Positions 1 through 8,736 of a stretch of 64,000 bases of DNA are shown piece after piece. The notes under the pieces were generated by a model that was not told the DNA's origin, searched no databases, and worked only from the letters and a program-made list of their open reading frames with translations. Source of the stretch: Polyangiaceae bacterium (GTDB lineage: Bacteria > Myxococcota_A > Polyangia > Polyangiales > Polyangiaceae); NCBI GenBank assembly GCA_965222375.1, contig CBDCTZ010000005.1, forward strand, positions 32,001 to 96,000, written 5' to 3'. Both the position numbers and the translations under genes were made by a program. Numbering within the stretch: position 1 is the stretch's first letter; the number at the start of each line of letters is the position of its first letter.

Positions 1-65
1 CCCAGGCGACCGAGGGGGACGGCAAGTGCGACCTGTGCAAAAAGAAACTACACCACAAAGAATAA
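1..65 (+). CDS. 3' end of a gene with a C-terminal CxxC heavy-metal-binding-like motif (partial)
   Basis: Frame from nt 3 reads QATEGDGKCDLCKKKLHHKE*, resembling the GKCPxCGMxL heavy-metal-binding motif; lies next to copper genes. Confidence 0.45.
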   Translation, partial: QATEGDGKCDLCKKKLHHKE

Positions 66-111
66 CGCGGTCGGCTTTCCTGAGTGACGCTGCGGGACGG
101 GGTTGCTCCTG

Positions 112-783
112 ATGGCGCAGTCGGCCGAAGTGCTTCGCGGCATCATCTTCGCCGATCTGTGTGGCTACACCGCGCTCACGGAAGCGCACGGCGACCAGGA
201 CGCCGCCGCCGTCGCCGCCCGCTTCGCGGACGTCGCTCGAGAGTCATTGTTGCCGGGCGCCGAGTTGGTAAAATGCGTCGGCGACGAAGTGATGATCGCG
301 ACGGGTTCCCCAAACCTCGCTGTGGATGTCGCACTATCGCTGTTCAAAACTGTCGACGACGAGCCCAAGTTTCCCACGTTCTCAGCGGGGCTGCATTTCG
401 GGACCTGCATCGAGCAAGGTTTGGACTACTTCGGAGCAACCGTCAATCTTGCAGCCCGCGTCGCTGGGCACGCCCGAGGGGGGCAAATTCTGTGTACGCG
501 TGTGGTGGCCGATTCAGTTCGCGACCGCTGCGGACTTGACCTCACTTGCTTGGGTCAGTGCCATTTCAAACACCTGATCGAGAAGGTTGAAGTCTGGGAG
601 GTAGCGCTAACGGACAGACCAATCCCGTCCGGAGTGGCAGACCCCGTTTGCCGTATGCGCGTGGACCCGCGGCGAGCTCAGGGCCGGCTCACTCACGGCG
701 ATGTCGAATTTTACTTCTGTTCTCTCGAGTGCGCAGCTGCGTTTGCGGCACATCCCGAACGCTATCTGTCTTTCGCTCCCTGA
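112..783 (+). CDS. Class III adenylate/guanylate cyclase fused to a C-terminal YHS domain
   Basis: IFADLCGYTALTE, VKCVGDEVM, DYFGATVNLAARV cyclase motifs; DPVCRMRVDP...FYFCSLECAAAFAAHPERY YHS motif; ATG at 112 (TTG 103 alternative). Confidence 0.88.
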   Translation: MAQSAEVLRGIIFADLCGYTALTEAHGDQDAAAVAARFADVARESLLPGAELVKCVGDEVMIATGSPNLAVDVALSLFKTVDDEPKFPTFSAGLHFGTCIEQGLDYFGATVNLAARVAGHARGGQILCTRVVADSVRDRCGLDLTCLGQCHFKHLIEKVEVWEVALTDRPIPSGVADPVCRMRVDPRRAQGRLTHGDVEFYFCSLECAAAFAAHPERYLSFAP

Positions 784-1019
784 CACCCTGCGCAGAAGAA
801 ACTACTCGATAGGTCAGCTCCCCTTGACGACCGCGTAGCGCCCGAGCACACGGAATTCCATCTTGTCGACGCGGAGTGCATCGTGCATCGAGGCTCTGCA
901 GCGCTCCTCGGGCGGGCAACGTTCTCCAGAACGCCGCACGGCGAATGCTGGCTCCCGCGCCCAGCGGGAGGATTGGCGTGGGCGAACTGCATGACGATAC
1001 GTGATCCGCGCGACTGGAC

Positions 1020-1175
1020 GCTCCCATGCCGATGGGGGCGAGTTTTTCGAACTGCGTTGATGCGTTTCCGTGACGCTTGACCGGCTCACGGAGGGGAGTG
1101 CCTTCATGGGGCCCCCGGAATTGTCAAACTTTGAGGGCCGCCCCGGCTTAGCCGGGGGATCTCAAAGTGGGATTA
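1020..1175 (-). mobile_element. Possible remnant of an IS200/IS605-type left end
   Basis: Hairpin CCCCGGCT-T-AGCCGGGG (1141-1157) enclosed by ACTTTGAG/CTCAAAGT (1128-1135/1161-1168); on the minus strand it is followed by broken QFEKLA..SAWE, weakly like a TnpA(Y1) N-terminus. Confidence 0.3.
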
Positions 1176-1339
1176 GTGGAAGGCGCGTCCCGATCGTAAG
1201 AGACTCCGTCCCATGCGAACGTCCTGCGCTCCATGAGTTATTCTATCTTGGGCGCGGCCGGCTTCAGGGCGTTGCGAAGGTGGTTTCGCGCCAGGCCGGG
1301 CATCGTTCTTGCTGCCTCTTTGCACCGGAGGTGCTCACT

Positions 1340-2063
1340 ATGACTCGGCTCAAGTTGGCCTTGCTCGTTCCGGCATGCACCATGGACATGCACGACAGCG
1401 AGATGACCGCCGCATTGAAAGAGACTTGGACAGAAGCGGTGAGACACGAGGCAGCCTGTATCCGGGCCGGCTCGCCGCTTGTTGGTTTGCTCTTGATAGC
1501 TTGTGCCACACAGCCTCTTGGAACTCGGGCTGACGACATGAGCGCCACGGCCGGTTGCAGGCTTCGAACTTCCCGTTGTGCGTCCCATCAACGCGGACAA
1601 CCCGCAGGTGGGGCGCGCGCCCTGGCAACACGACCGCACTCGCTACGCGCCGACCGACGCGGCGCTGGACGGACCGCTAGCGAGCTCTAGGCACGTGAGT
1701 TCTCACCGCGATAACGCGAAACTCTCGTCCTTCAGAGGGGGCCGGTGCGTCCTTTTCGACGCAGAAACTCGCGCAGCCTGCCCGCTGCTCACTGTGGTCG
1801 AGACGGTCGAAGCCACATCCGACGGCGTACGACTCGTCATCCGGAAGTCTATAGACCTGCGCGCCGCGCTGGACCACATGCGTTGTCACCATTCGTTTGG
1901 TCGCAGCCACAGGTCCCCGAAGATGCGCTTCTGCCCGCTCCATGTGCACGGCGTGGAAATCGCAGCCCTCAAAAAAATCCACACCACCGAAATCCGGAGC
2001 CTTTCCGTCCAGGCGGTCCGTGAAATTCAGGAACGCTCACGCCTTCATCAGGCCAACGAATAG
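1340..2063 (+). pseudogene. Degraded/frameshifted lipoprotein-like gene(s) with His/Cys motifs
   Basis: GGAGGT RBS before ATG 1340; lipobox-like LLLIAC-ATQPLGTRADDMSA in one frame; protein-like continuation (RAACPLL...GVRLV...HMRCHHSF...MRFCPL) in another frame (ORF 1578-2063). Confidence 0.4.
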
Positions 2064-2178
2064 CCAGGCGAGATGGTTGGGGATTAACGCAGAGCAACAA
2101 ACCCACGGAGGCAAGGACGAGCATGGAAGAAGCGGCGTGCTTGTGCTCCTGTTCGGCGACTTCGGTTGCCCAGCCTGA

Positions 2179-3225
2179 CTACTTCGCGAGATTGCGCTTG
2201 ATGTAGACCACACGGTGGTTGAGCACGTCGCCGATGTAGATGTGGACGCCATCCGCGGTGATGATGATGTCCTCAGGCTCGGAGGGGGACCCTACGATGG
2301 CGCCTAAATCCCAAGTGGCGAGCCGTTGCCCTTCAGTATTGTAGATCGCCACCTTGTCCGCGAAGGAATCACAAACATAGATGCGGTCCTTGGCGTCGAC
2401 GAAGACTCCCGTTGGCTTCTCGAAGCCGGTCCACTGAGCCAGGTAGCTGCCATCTGACGAAAACACCTGCACGCGCTTGTTTCCTGTGTCCCCGACGTAC
2501 ACGCGGCCGGTAGAATCTGTGGAAATCCCCCACGCACCGTCGAACTGCCCATCGCCGTTCCCTGCGCCGCCGAACTCGAGCAGTTTGACCCCGGCGTTGG
2601 TGAATTTTTGCATCACGTGCAACTCGAAGTCGCCGACGAAGATGTCGCCGGTCAACGGGTCGATCCCGACATCGTGGATGTGCTTGAATTGGGGGTCGCT
2701 CCAACGCCGGATGAACTTGCCGTCGGTCGTGAGAACCTGCACGCGACCATTGTTCTGATCCCCGGCGTAGAGCAGCCCAGCCGGGCGATCCATTGCGAGC
2801 CCGTGGGGATGATTGAACTCCAGGTCACCGACACCACTCTTCCCGAAAGTGTCGAGCAGCTGTCCGTCGAAGGTGAACTTCTGCAGGCGATCTTCATGCC
2901 CCGACACATACACGTTGCCGGTGGAGTCGAGCTCCACACTGCTTGGCTCTACGAATTCGCCGGGCTGCGTCCCCTGTTTGCCCCAAGTCTTGACGAATTC
3001 CGGTGGCTTCAACGCCGGATCTATCGGTCCCCCGCCGCCGGTCGCGGTGCCAGCGCCTCCGCCCACCCCTCCAGCCCCCGCACCGCTGCCACCTTGCCCC
3101 GCGGAGGCTCCGGCGCCAGCGCCACCACCTGTACTACTCCCGGGTCGCCGGTCACCGTCCCCGCACCCGAATTGCAGGCAAGCGAGACACAGGCTGGTCA
3201 GCCAAGCAATGGGTCGTAGGCTCAT
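2179..3225 (-). CDS. NHL-repeat beta-propeller lipoprotein
   Basis: Signal ending LQFGC, Gly-rich linker, six NHL-like repeats (GEFVEPSSVELDSTGNVYV, FNHPHGLAMD, FDGAWGISTDSTGRVYVGDTGNKRVQVF). Confidence 0.85.
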   Translation of the reverse strand: MSLRPIAWLTSLCLACLQFGCGDGDRRPGSSTGGGAGAGASAGQGGSGAGAGGVGGGAGTATGGGGPIDPALKPPEFVKTWGKQGTQPGEFVEPSSVELDSTGNVYVSGHEDRLQKFTFDGQLLDTFGKSGVGDLEFNHPHGLAMDRPAGLLYAGDQNNGRVQVLTTDGKFIRRWSDPQFKHIHDVGIDPLTGDIFVGDFELHVMQKFTNAGVKLLEFGGAGNGDGQFDGAWGISTDSTGRVYVGDTGNKRVQVFSSDGSYLAQWTGFEKPTGVFVDAKDRIYVCDSFADKVAIYNTEGQRLATWDLGAIVGSPSEPEDIIITADGVHIYIGDVLNHRVVYIKRNLAK

Positions 3226-3380
3226 CGTACGAATGAAAACATGCACGACGACCAAGGCATGTGCAACCCCGATTACCGTTACCCATTGGCTCCGGTGTCT
3301 CAGGAATCGTTGACTAGAGCGAGACGAAGTACGCGTACAATTGCGATGGACAGCTATTCGAAACCACGCACAATCCCGAC

Positions 3381-3968
3381 ATGAACTTGAGCCTTTCGAT
3401 CATCGGCGTGTTCGCCATAGGGCTGAACGGATGCGACGGCCGCACCGACAACGCGGGGTCCAATTTCGCGAAGGGCGGAGGAAGCGGCGCCGCGGGAGCT
3501 GGCGGGTCCACGCCCGATGTTCAATTGCATCGCGACCGCTGCGCGGCGGCTGAGGCCTTGCACTTCGAAGACGGTGTCGCAGCGTTCACAGCTGACACGT
3601 CCAGCGGGTCAGACGAGTTTCCGCATCTAGAGTGTGACAGTAAGCATGTTGCCCTCGGCGGTCTGAGTGCGCCCCAGTTCTATTATCGTTTGCCGTTAGA
3701 GAACGGGGAGCGCATCCGCGTTGATTTCCAGCCTTCGTTCTACGGATTCGTGTACCTGTTCTCGGCGAACACACCGTGCTCCGAGTCCGCCATCAACGAC
3801 GCTTGCAGCAGCAAGGGAGCTGCTGGAGACATCTCGCCCATCGTCAATCCTGGCACGAGCGTGACTTTCTTCTTCGATCCGAACTTCACCGGCCCCGGTG
3901 TACTTGCCGTGGATAGCGATACCAGCGGGGGGAAGTTTGTTCTCAGCGTCAGCTACGTCCAGGACTAG
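3381..3968 (+). CDS. Hypothetical lipoprotein
   Basis: Signal with lipobox GLNGC, Gly linker, Cys-containing beta-rich domain. Confidence 0.7.
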   Translation: MNLSLSIIGVFAIGLNGCDGRTDNAGSNFAKGGGSGAAGAGGSTPDVQLHRDRCAAAEALHFEDGVAAFTADTSSGSDEFPHLECDSKHVALGGLSAPQFYYRLPLENGERIRVDFQPSFYGFVYLFSANTPCSESAINDACSSKGAAGDISPIVNPGTSVTFFFDPNFTGPGVLAVDSDTSGGKFVLSVSYVQD

Positions 3969-4295
3969 ACTGCGCGCTTTGTGACTCGAAAATCGCGTCC
4001 GTCTGATTTCGATTTGGGTCTTCCTATCCACCACAAAGGATCTCCCGGGCGGCTTTTTGCAACATTGGCCCGTAGATCCAGCGCATTGCCCCGATGAGCG
4101 TGCGGTTGACGGTAGACCCCAAACGGTTGCGACCGGACACCATGAGGCCCCGGCAAGCTCTGTGCCACCCGTCGCGCCTCCGCGTGCGACTAGCACCGAA
4201 GCCGCCGTCGGGTTGCTTACTGACAATAGTCTCAAGCATCGACGAGTATTCGCGACTGAAATCCCCCGCTGCGTGTTTTTGGCGGAAGAATTCGT

Positions 4296-4311
4296 TGGCA
4301 CGCGTTGTGGA
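4296..4311 (+). promoter_or_regulatory. Possible sigma54-like promoter upstream of the cupredoxin gene
   Basis: TGGCACGCGTTGTGGA: -24 box intact, -12 is GG rather than GC; 12/16 identical to the site at 5301. Confidence 0.3.
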
Positions 4312-4324
4312 TGGAACATGGCCC

Positions 4325-4669
4325 ATGACGAAAAAGGCGCTATTCGTAGGATTGCTACCTGTCACGCTGTTGGCAACGCCGGCCCTCTCGGATCCTCCAT
4401 CCAAGGCAACGGTCGTTGACGTGAGGGTCGATGACCGTGGTTTCCATCCGCAGCAAGTGAAAGCGACGCGCGGACAAGCGCCAAAACTCAGGTTCACCCG
4501 CAAGTCCGACAAGGGTTGCGCGACCAGCGTGGTGTTCCCAGAACTGAAAATCAAGAGACCGTTACCCCTAAACAAGTCGGTGACCATCGCGGTCCCAACG
4601 ACCAAGGCCCGCTCATACGCGTTCCAATGCGGAATGGGCATGTACAAGAGTTCGGTGGTGATCCGATGA
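4325..4669 (+). CDS. Secreted cupredoxin-domain protein (CupA-like copper chaperone)
   Basis: Signal peptide; GFHPQQVKATRGQ, KGCATSVVFPEL, FQCGMGMYK motifs. Confidence 0.85.
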   Translation: MTKKALFVGLLPVTLLATPALSDPPSKATVVDVRVDDRGFHPQQVKATRGQAPKLRFTRKSDKGCATSVVFPELKIKRPLPLNKSVTIAVPTTKARSYAFQCGMGMYKSSVVIR

Positions 4670-4986
4670 CGCCCAGCAATCGGCTGGCCGGAGCGCTCTT
4701 GATGATGATGGTGCCCCTGGTGGGCTGCGAGGGCCTGACCAGTCCAACCGGTGTGCGAGCGGAAACCAAACGTCCGGCCAGGACGACCCCTTCTGAAACG
4801 ACGCCGTCTAGCGTGGAAAAACCGGTCCAAAGGAACCCCACGCCTAGCACGGTGAACCACGGAGCTAAGCCGACCGCCGAGACGAAGCCAGCTGGTAACT
4901 GCTGCGGCGCAGCGAGCTGCAAAACCATCCCAGGTGGTTGCGGATGCGGGCGGGGCAAGCCCCCGGCGGGCGGCTGCGGCAGCTGA
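4666..4986 (+). CDS. Small lipoprotein with a Cys/Gly-rich C-terminal tail
   Basis: ATGA overlap with the cupredoxin stop; lipobox PLVGC; Pro/Thr linker; tail NCCGAASCKTIPGGCGCGRGKPPAGGCGS. Confidence 0.7.
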   Translation: MTPSNRLAGALLMMMVPLVGCEGLTSPTGVRAETKRPARTTPSETTPSSVEKPVQRNPTPSTVNHGAKPTAETKPAGNCCGAASCKTIPGGCGCGRGKPPAGGCGS

Positions 4987-5300
4987 GCCATTCCTCGTAG
5001 GAGCCTTCGGGCCCGACCATCCACGAGCGCTCGGCATTACAACGAGGCCCATTGCTACCAGCGAACGGAGGAAGCGTCGGGTGTGCGGACGCTGCGGTCG
5101 CGCTGAGTCACCGTCGACCGGTCCGCCCGCGCGCGCCTGCCTCGTTTCCTCGACGTCCCCAAGAGTGAAGCATAGTGGCAAATCACCTGAGAATATTCGG
5201 TCGTCACCGCTCCGGGCAGCCAATTCAGTCAGGAAAATACGCGCCCCGATTTTCCGCGCGCCTGCCGCATGTCCGTCGCGCCCCGACAGAAAGTTTGCCA

Positions 5301-5316
5301 TGGCATGCTTTGTGCT
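5301..5316 (+). promoter_or_regulatory. Sigma54-like promoter upstream of the cusCBA-copA operon
   Basis: TGGCATGCTTTGTGCT, GG-N10-GC spacing, about 12 nt before GTG 5328. Confidence 0.4.
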
Positions 5317-5327
5317 ACCCGTGTCCT

Positions 5328-6722
5328 GTGGTGCACTCCAAAACCCTCTGTTCGCCGTTAATCCTTCCGTTTTTGCTCGCTGGCTGCGCCACCCAACTCG
5401 AGCAACAGAGCGCACGAGATTTGCGCAGCGTCGGGCGGCAGCGCTCCGACGCCGCGTCGGAGCCGTCGTCCACACGCTCACCTGATTCACGGCGATCGTT
5501 CGGGGCTGTCGCGATCAGGGACGGGTCACTCGAGGCGTACGTGCGCTACGCACTCGACCGGAGCCCCACACTGAGGGCCAGCTTCGAAGAATGGCGCGCT
5601 ACTGCCCAGCGCATCCGCCAGGCCAGAAGGTTGCCCGAGCCCGTCATTACGTACGCCTACTTCATACGTCGCGTCGAGACACGCGTCGGGCCGCAGCGGC
5701 ACAAGTTCGGCATCTCCCAGTCCTTCCCCTGGCCGACGCGGCTGTCTGCCGGCGCTGATGCTGCCAGCCTCGCCTCGCGTAGTGCCCAACAGCGCTACGA
5801 GGCCGCCGCCTTGCGGCTCACCCGTCGAGTGGCCGACGCCTACTGGCGCCTGTGGTTGATCGGGCGAGTGCGGCGCGTGGAGCGTGATCAGAACCGCGTA
5901 CTCGAACACTTTTCTGGCGTGGTTCGTGGGCGACTCGAAGTGGGGCAAGCGACCTTGGCAGACCTTGGTCAGGTCGATCTCGGGATCTCCAGACTGGTCG
6001 ATGTGCTTGCAGGACTCGACGAACAAGAGCGGGCGGCGAGTGCGATGTTAGTGGCCGCCATCGGGGCGCCGCAGGGAACCACCACCCCAGTATCGACAAA
6101 GGAACCTCCCCTCGTTGTTCCAGCGGAAACAGATTCGGCGCTTCGAGCCGCCGCGATCGAAAACCCCGGCGTCCGAGCCCTCGGACTCATGGCGCAAGCC
6201 CAACAGCACCAGGCCCGAGCAGCCGGTGCCGAAGCGTATCCCTCCTTCACGCTCGGGTTGGACTACATCGAAACGGGTCCGGCGAGCGCGCCTAATGTGA
6301 GCGACAGCGGAAAGGATGCGATCGTGGCAATGATCGGCGCGAAGATCCCCATCTGGGGCGGCGTCTACGGCGCCGCCGAAGAAGAAGCGCGCGCGAACAG
6401 CGCGGCCTTTCGGGCTCGCGAATCGGCGGCGCGGGATCAAGCAATCGCACAGCTCGAAAAGGTGCTGAGTGAAGTTCGTGACGCAGCCCGGCGCGTGAAG
6501 TTACATCGCGACACACTTATTCCCCAAGCCGAGACCGTGTACGTGTCGGGGCTGGGTGGCTATCAAGTAGGCAGAGGCACACTGGCAACGGTGCTTCTCG
6601 CCGAACGTGATCTCAACGAGCTCCAGCTCGCGCTGGATCGTGCGCGCGCCGAACACGCCCGAGCGTGGGCACGCCTCGAACAAATCGTAGGGCGACCCGT
6701 CCGCGCGCGGAGGGTGCGATGA
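5328..6722 (+). CDS. TolC-family outer membrane efflux lipoprotein (CusC-like)
   Basis: Lipobox LLAGC; RRLPEP, ISQSFPWP, AYPSFTLG, KIPIW and YQVG motifs of OMF proteins; start uncertain (GTG 5328 or 5331). Confidence 0.85.
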   Translation: MVHSKTLCSPLILPFLLAGCATQLEQQSARDLRSVGRQRSDAASEPSSTRSPDSRRSFGAVAIRDGSLEAYVRYALDRSPTLRASFEEWRATAQRIRQARRLPEPVITYAYFIRRVETRVGPQRHKFGISQSFPWPTRLSAGADAASLASRSAQQRYEAAALRLTRRVADAYWRLWLIGRVRRVERDQNRVLEHFSGVVRGRLEVGQATLADLGQVDLGISRLVDVLAGLDEQERAASAMLVAAIGAPQGTTTPVSTKEPPLVVPAETDSALRAAAIENPGVRALGLMAQAQQHQARAAGAEAYPSFTLGLDYIETGPASAPNVSDSGKDAIVAMIGAKIPIWGGVYGAAEEEARANSAAFRARESAARDQAIAQLEKVLSEVRDAARRVKLHRDTLIPQAETVYVSGLGGYQVGRGTLATVLLAERDLNELQLALDRARAEHARAWARLEQIVGRPVRARRVR

Positions 6723-8692
6723 CTAATCTCGACGACCCAGGCACGCCAGAAGCTCAGCTTCCCGCGGGCGAAGCTCCGCCTCCGACCGAACCGATGCCTG
6801 ACCCGGATCCCAGCGCTGGTGTGGCGAAAAACGCACCGCCGGCCCGCCTTCGCCTTGCCTTGAAGAAATGGGGAGTGCGCATCGGCGTGGTTGTTCTGAT
6901 CGCGCTTGCGTTCTCGATCGGGACCAAGATCGGCGGCCCCGAGTCGCCAGCCGGCAACGCCAAGGACGAGTCAGCAGCCGACGACAAAGCGACCACCTGG
7001 ACCTGCTCGATGCACCCCCAGATCAAGCTCCCGGAACCAGGGCAGTGCCCGATTTGCGGGATGGACTTGATTCCGCTCGGAAACGAGAGTGCCGACGAGT
7101 CGAGTGACACGACGATCACTCTGTCCCCACGCGCGCAGAAGCTCGCTGAAGTGCGAACCGCAGTGGTGCGCCGCGCGGAAACCGCTGTCGAGGTGAAGCT
7201 GCTCGGACGCCTCGAATTTGACGAAACTCGAGAACGAACGGTAACCCCATGGACGGCAGGCCGCATCGAACGTCTGTTCGTGAGTAACAAAGGTGCTCGC
7301 GTTGGATCCAGGCAGGTCATCGCGCACCTTTACAGCCCGGAGATGTACGCTGCGCACCAGGATCTCATTCAGGCGAAACGCCAGAGCGCCGCGCTCGGCA
7401 ATGGCATTCCCGTGGCACGCTCCGCCGCAAAGTCGGCACTCGAAGCAGCAAAGAATCGACTCATCTTGCTTGGCGTGACCAAAAAAGACCTCGCCAAGAT
7501 GGAGCAAGCCAGGTCACCTTGGCGCACGGTAAAAATACGCAGCAGTTATAGCGGCACTGTGCTCGAGCTCATGGTGCATCAGGGCGCTTACGTGAACGCT
7601 GGCACACCGCTCTTTCGAATCGCGAATCTGTCCCGACTGTGGGTGCAACTCGACGCATACGAAAGCGACTTAGCACTCATCAAACTCAAACAGGAAGTAT
7701 CGTTGGCCGTGGAAGCCTTTCCGGGAGAAATCTTCAAGGGGAAGGTGAGTTTCATCGATCCAGTCGTCGACCCCCGCATGCGCACAGCACGAGTTCGCGT
7801 ACAAGTCTCCAACAAGGACGGCCGACTCCGCCCGGGCATGTTCGCCGAGGCGGTGCTCGACGCCGCTGGAGCCAAACGAGGCGCGCTGCCCGTCGTCATC
7901 CCAGCAACAGCGCCACTGTTCACGGGAACGCGATCGGTGGTGTACGTGGAGGTTCCCGGCAAGGAACGGCCCACGTACGAGGCACGTGAGGTTCGATTGG
8001 GGCCCAGAGCTGGAGATCTTTATCCGGTCGTCTCGGGCTTGGCGGAAGACGACCGTGTGGTGGTACAAGGGGCGTTCCGCCTAGATAGCGATCTACAAGT
8101 ACGTGGCGGGCGGAGCATGATGACCATGGCCGACGACGTCGCCCGTGCGGCGACCGAGCCGATCGAAGTGCCCGCAGCGTTCTTGCGCGGACTTGCTCCA
8201 GTGCTCAAGAGCTACCTCGCATTGCACGTGGCGCTCTCCAAGGACCAGCTCGAGCCGGCACGCAAAGCGTTCGGCGAGGTCGCAACGAGCGCATCTTCTT
8301 TTCAACCTAGATCTCCGAAGGCCGGCCGCACCCTTTGGAAGACACTGGGCAGCGCGCTGGAGCAACAGGCGCTCGCCGGAAAGAAGGCCGAAAACCTCGA
8401 GGCCGCGCGTCGATTGTTCGAGTCGATCAGCCGCCGGATGATCGAGGTGGTGCAGCGGTTCGGCAATCCACTCCCCGAAACTGTGCGTCTCTCGTTCTGT
8501 CCGATGGCCTCGGGATCAAAGGGCGCGTTCTGGCTCCAGCAAGCCGAGAGCATCGAGAATCCATATTTCGGGGCGACGATGTTCGCCTGCGGCGATGTCC
8601 GGGAATCCGTCGGACCCGGGAAGCGAATCACGCCCCACGCCACACACCGGAAGAAGCCGAAGGGTGCGGCGCCTGCCGGCCATCAACACTGA
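6719..8692 (+). CDS. cusB: CusB-like RND periplasmic adaptor with N-terminal heavy-metal-binding domain and C-terminal DUF3347-like domain
   Basis: WTCSMHPQIKLPEPGQCPICGMDLIP; LYSPEM; GRLRPGMFAE; C-terminal FCPMA...WLQ...IENPYFGATMFACG; ATGA overlap with the OMF gene. Confidence 0.88.
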   Translation: MTNLDDPGTPEAQLPAGEAPPPTEPMPDPDPSAGVAKNAPPARLRLALKKWGVRIGVVVLIALAFSIGTKIGGPESPAGNAKDESAADDKATTWTCSMHPQIKLPEPGQCPICGMDLIPLGNESADESSDTTITLSPRAQKLAEVRTAVVRRAETAVEVKLLGRLEFDETRERTVTPWTAGRIERLFVSNKGARVGSRQVIAHLYSPEMYAAHQDLIQAKRQSAALGNGIPVARSAAKSALEAAKNRLILLGVTKKDLAKMEQARSPWRTVKIRSSYSGTVLELMVHQGAYVNAGTPLFRIANLSRLWVQLDAYESDLALIKLKQEVSLAVEAFPGEIFKGKVSFIDPVVDPRMRTARVRVQVSNKDGRLRPGMFAEAVLDAAGAKRGALPVVIPATAPLFTGTRSVVYVEVPGKERPTYEAREVRLGPRAGDLYPVVSGLAEDDRVVVQGAFRLDSDLQVRGGRSMMTMADDVARAATEPIEVPAAFLRGLAPVLKSYLALHVALSKDQLEPARKAFGEVATSASSFQPRSPKAGRTLWKTLGSALEQQALAGKKAENLEAARRLFESISRRMIEVVQRFGNPLPETVRLSFCPMASGSKGAFWLQQAESIENPYFGATMFACGDVRESVGPGKRITPHATHRKKPKGAAPAGHQH

Positions 8693-8736
8693 TTGAGGCT
8701 GACGTAGTTGCAGCAGTCTTTTCATTTCGAGGAACA

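Noticed and set aside
4057..4419. Possible small leader gene upstream of the cupredoxin
   Set aside because: No RBS or motif, and it overlaps the cupredoxin start.
4024..5490. 488-aa minus-strand ORF and similar long antisense ORFs (e.g. 19764-20846, 23369-24610, 37044-38162)
   Set aside because: Shadow ORFs of high-GC DNA overlapping well-supported genes, with no motifs.
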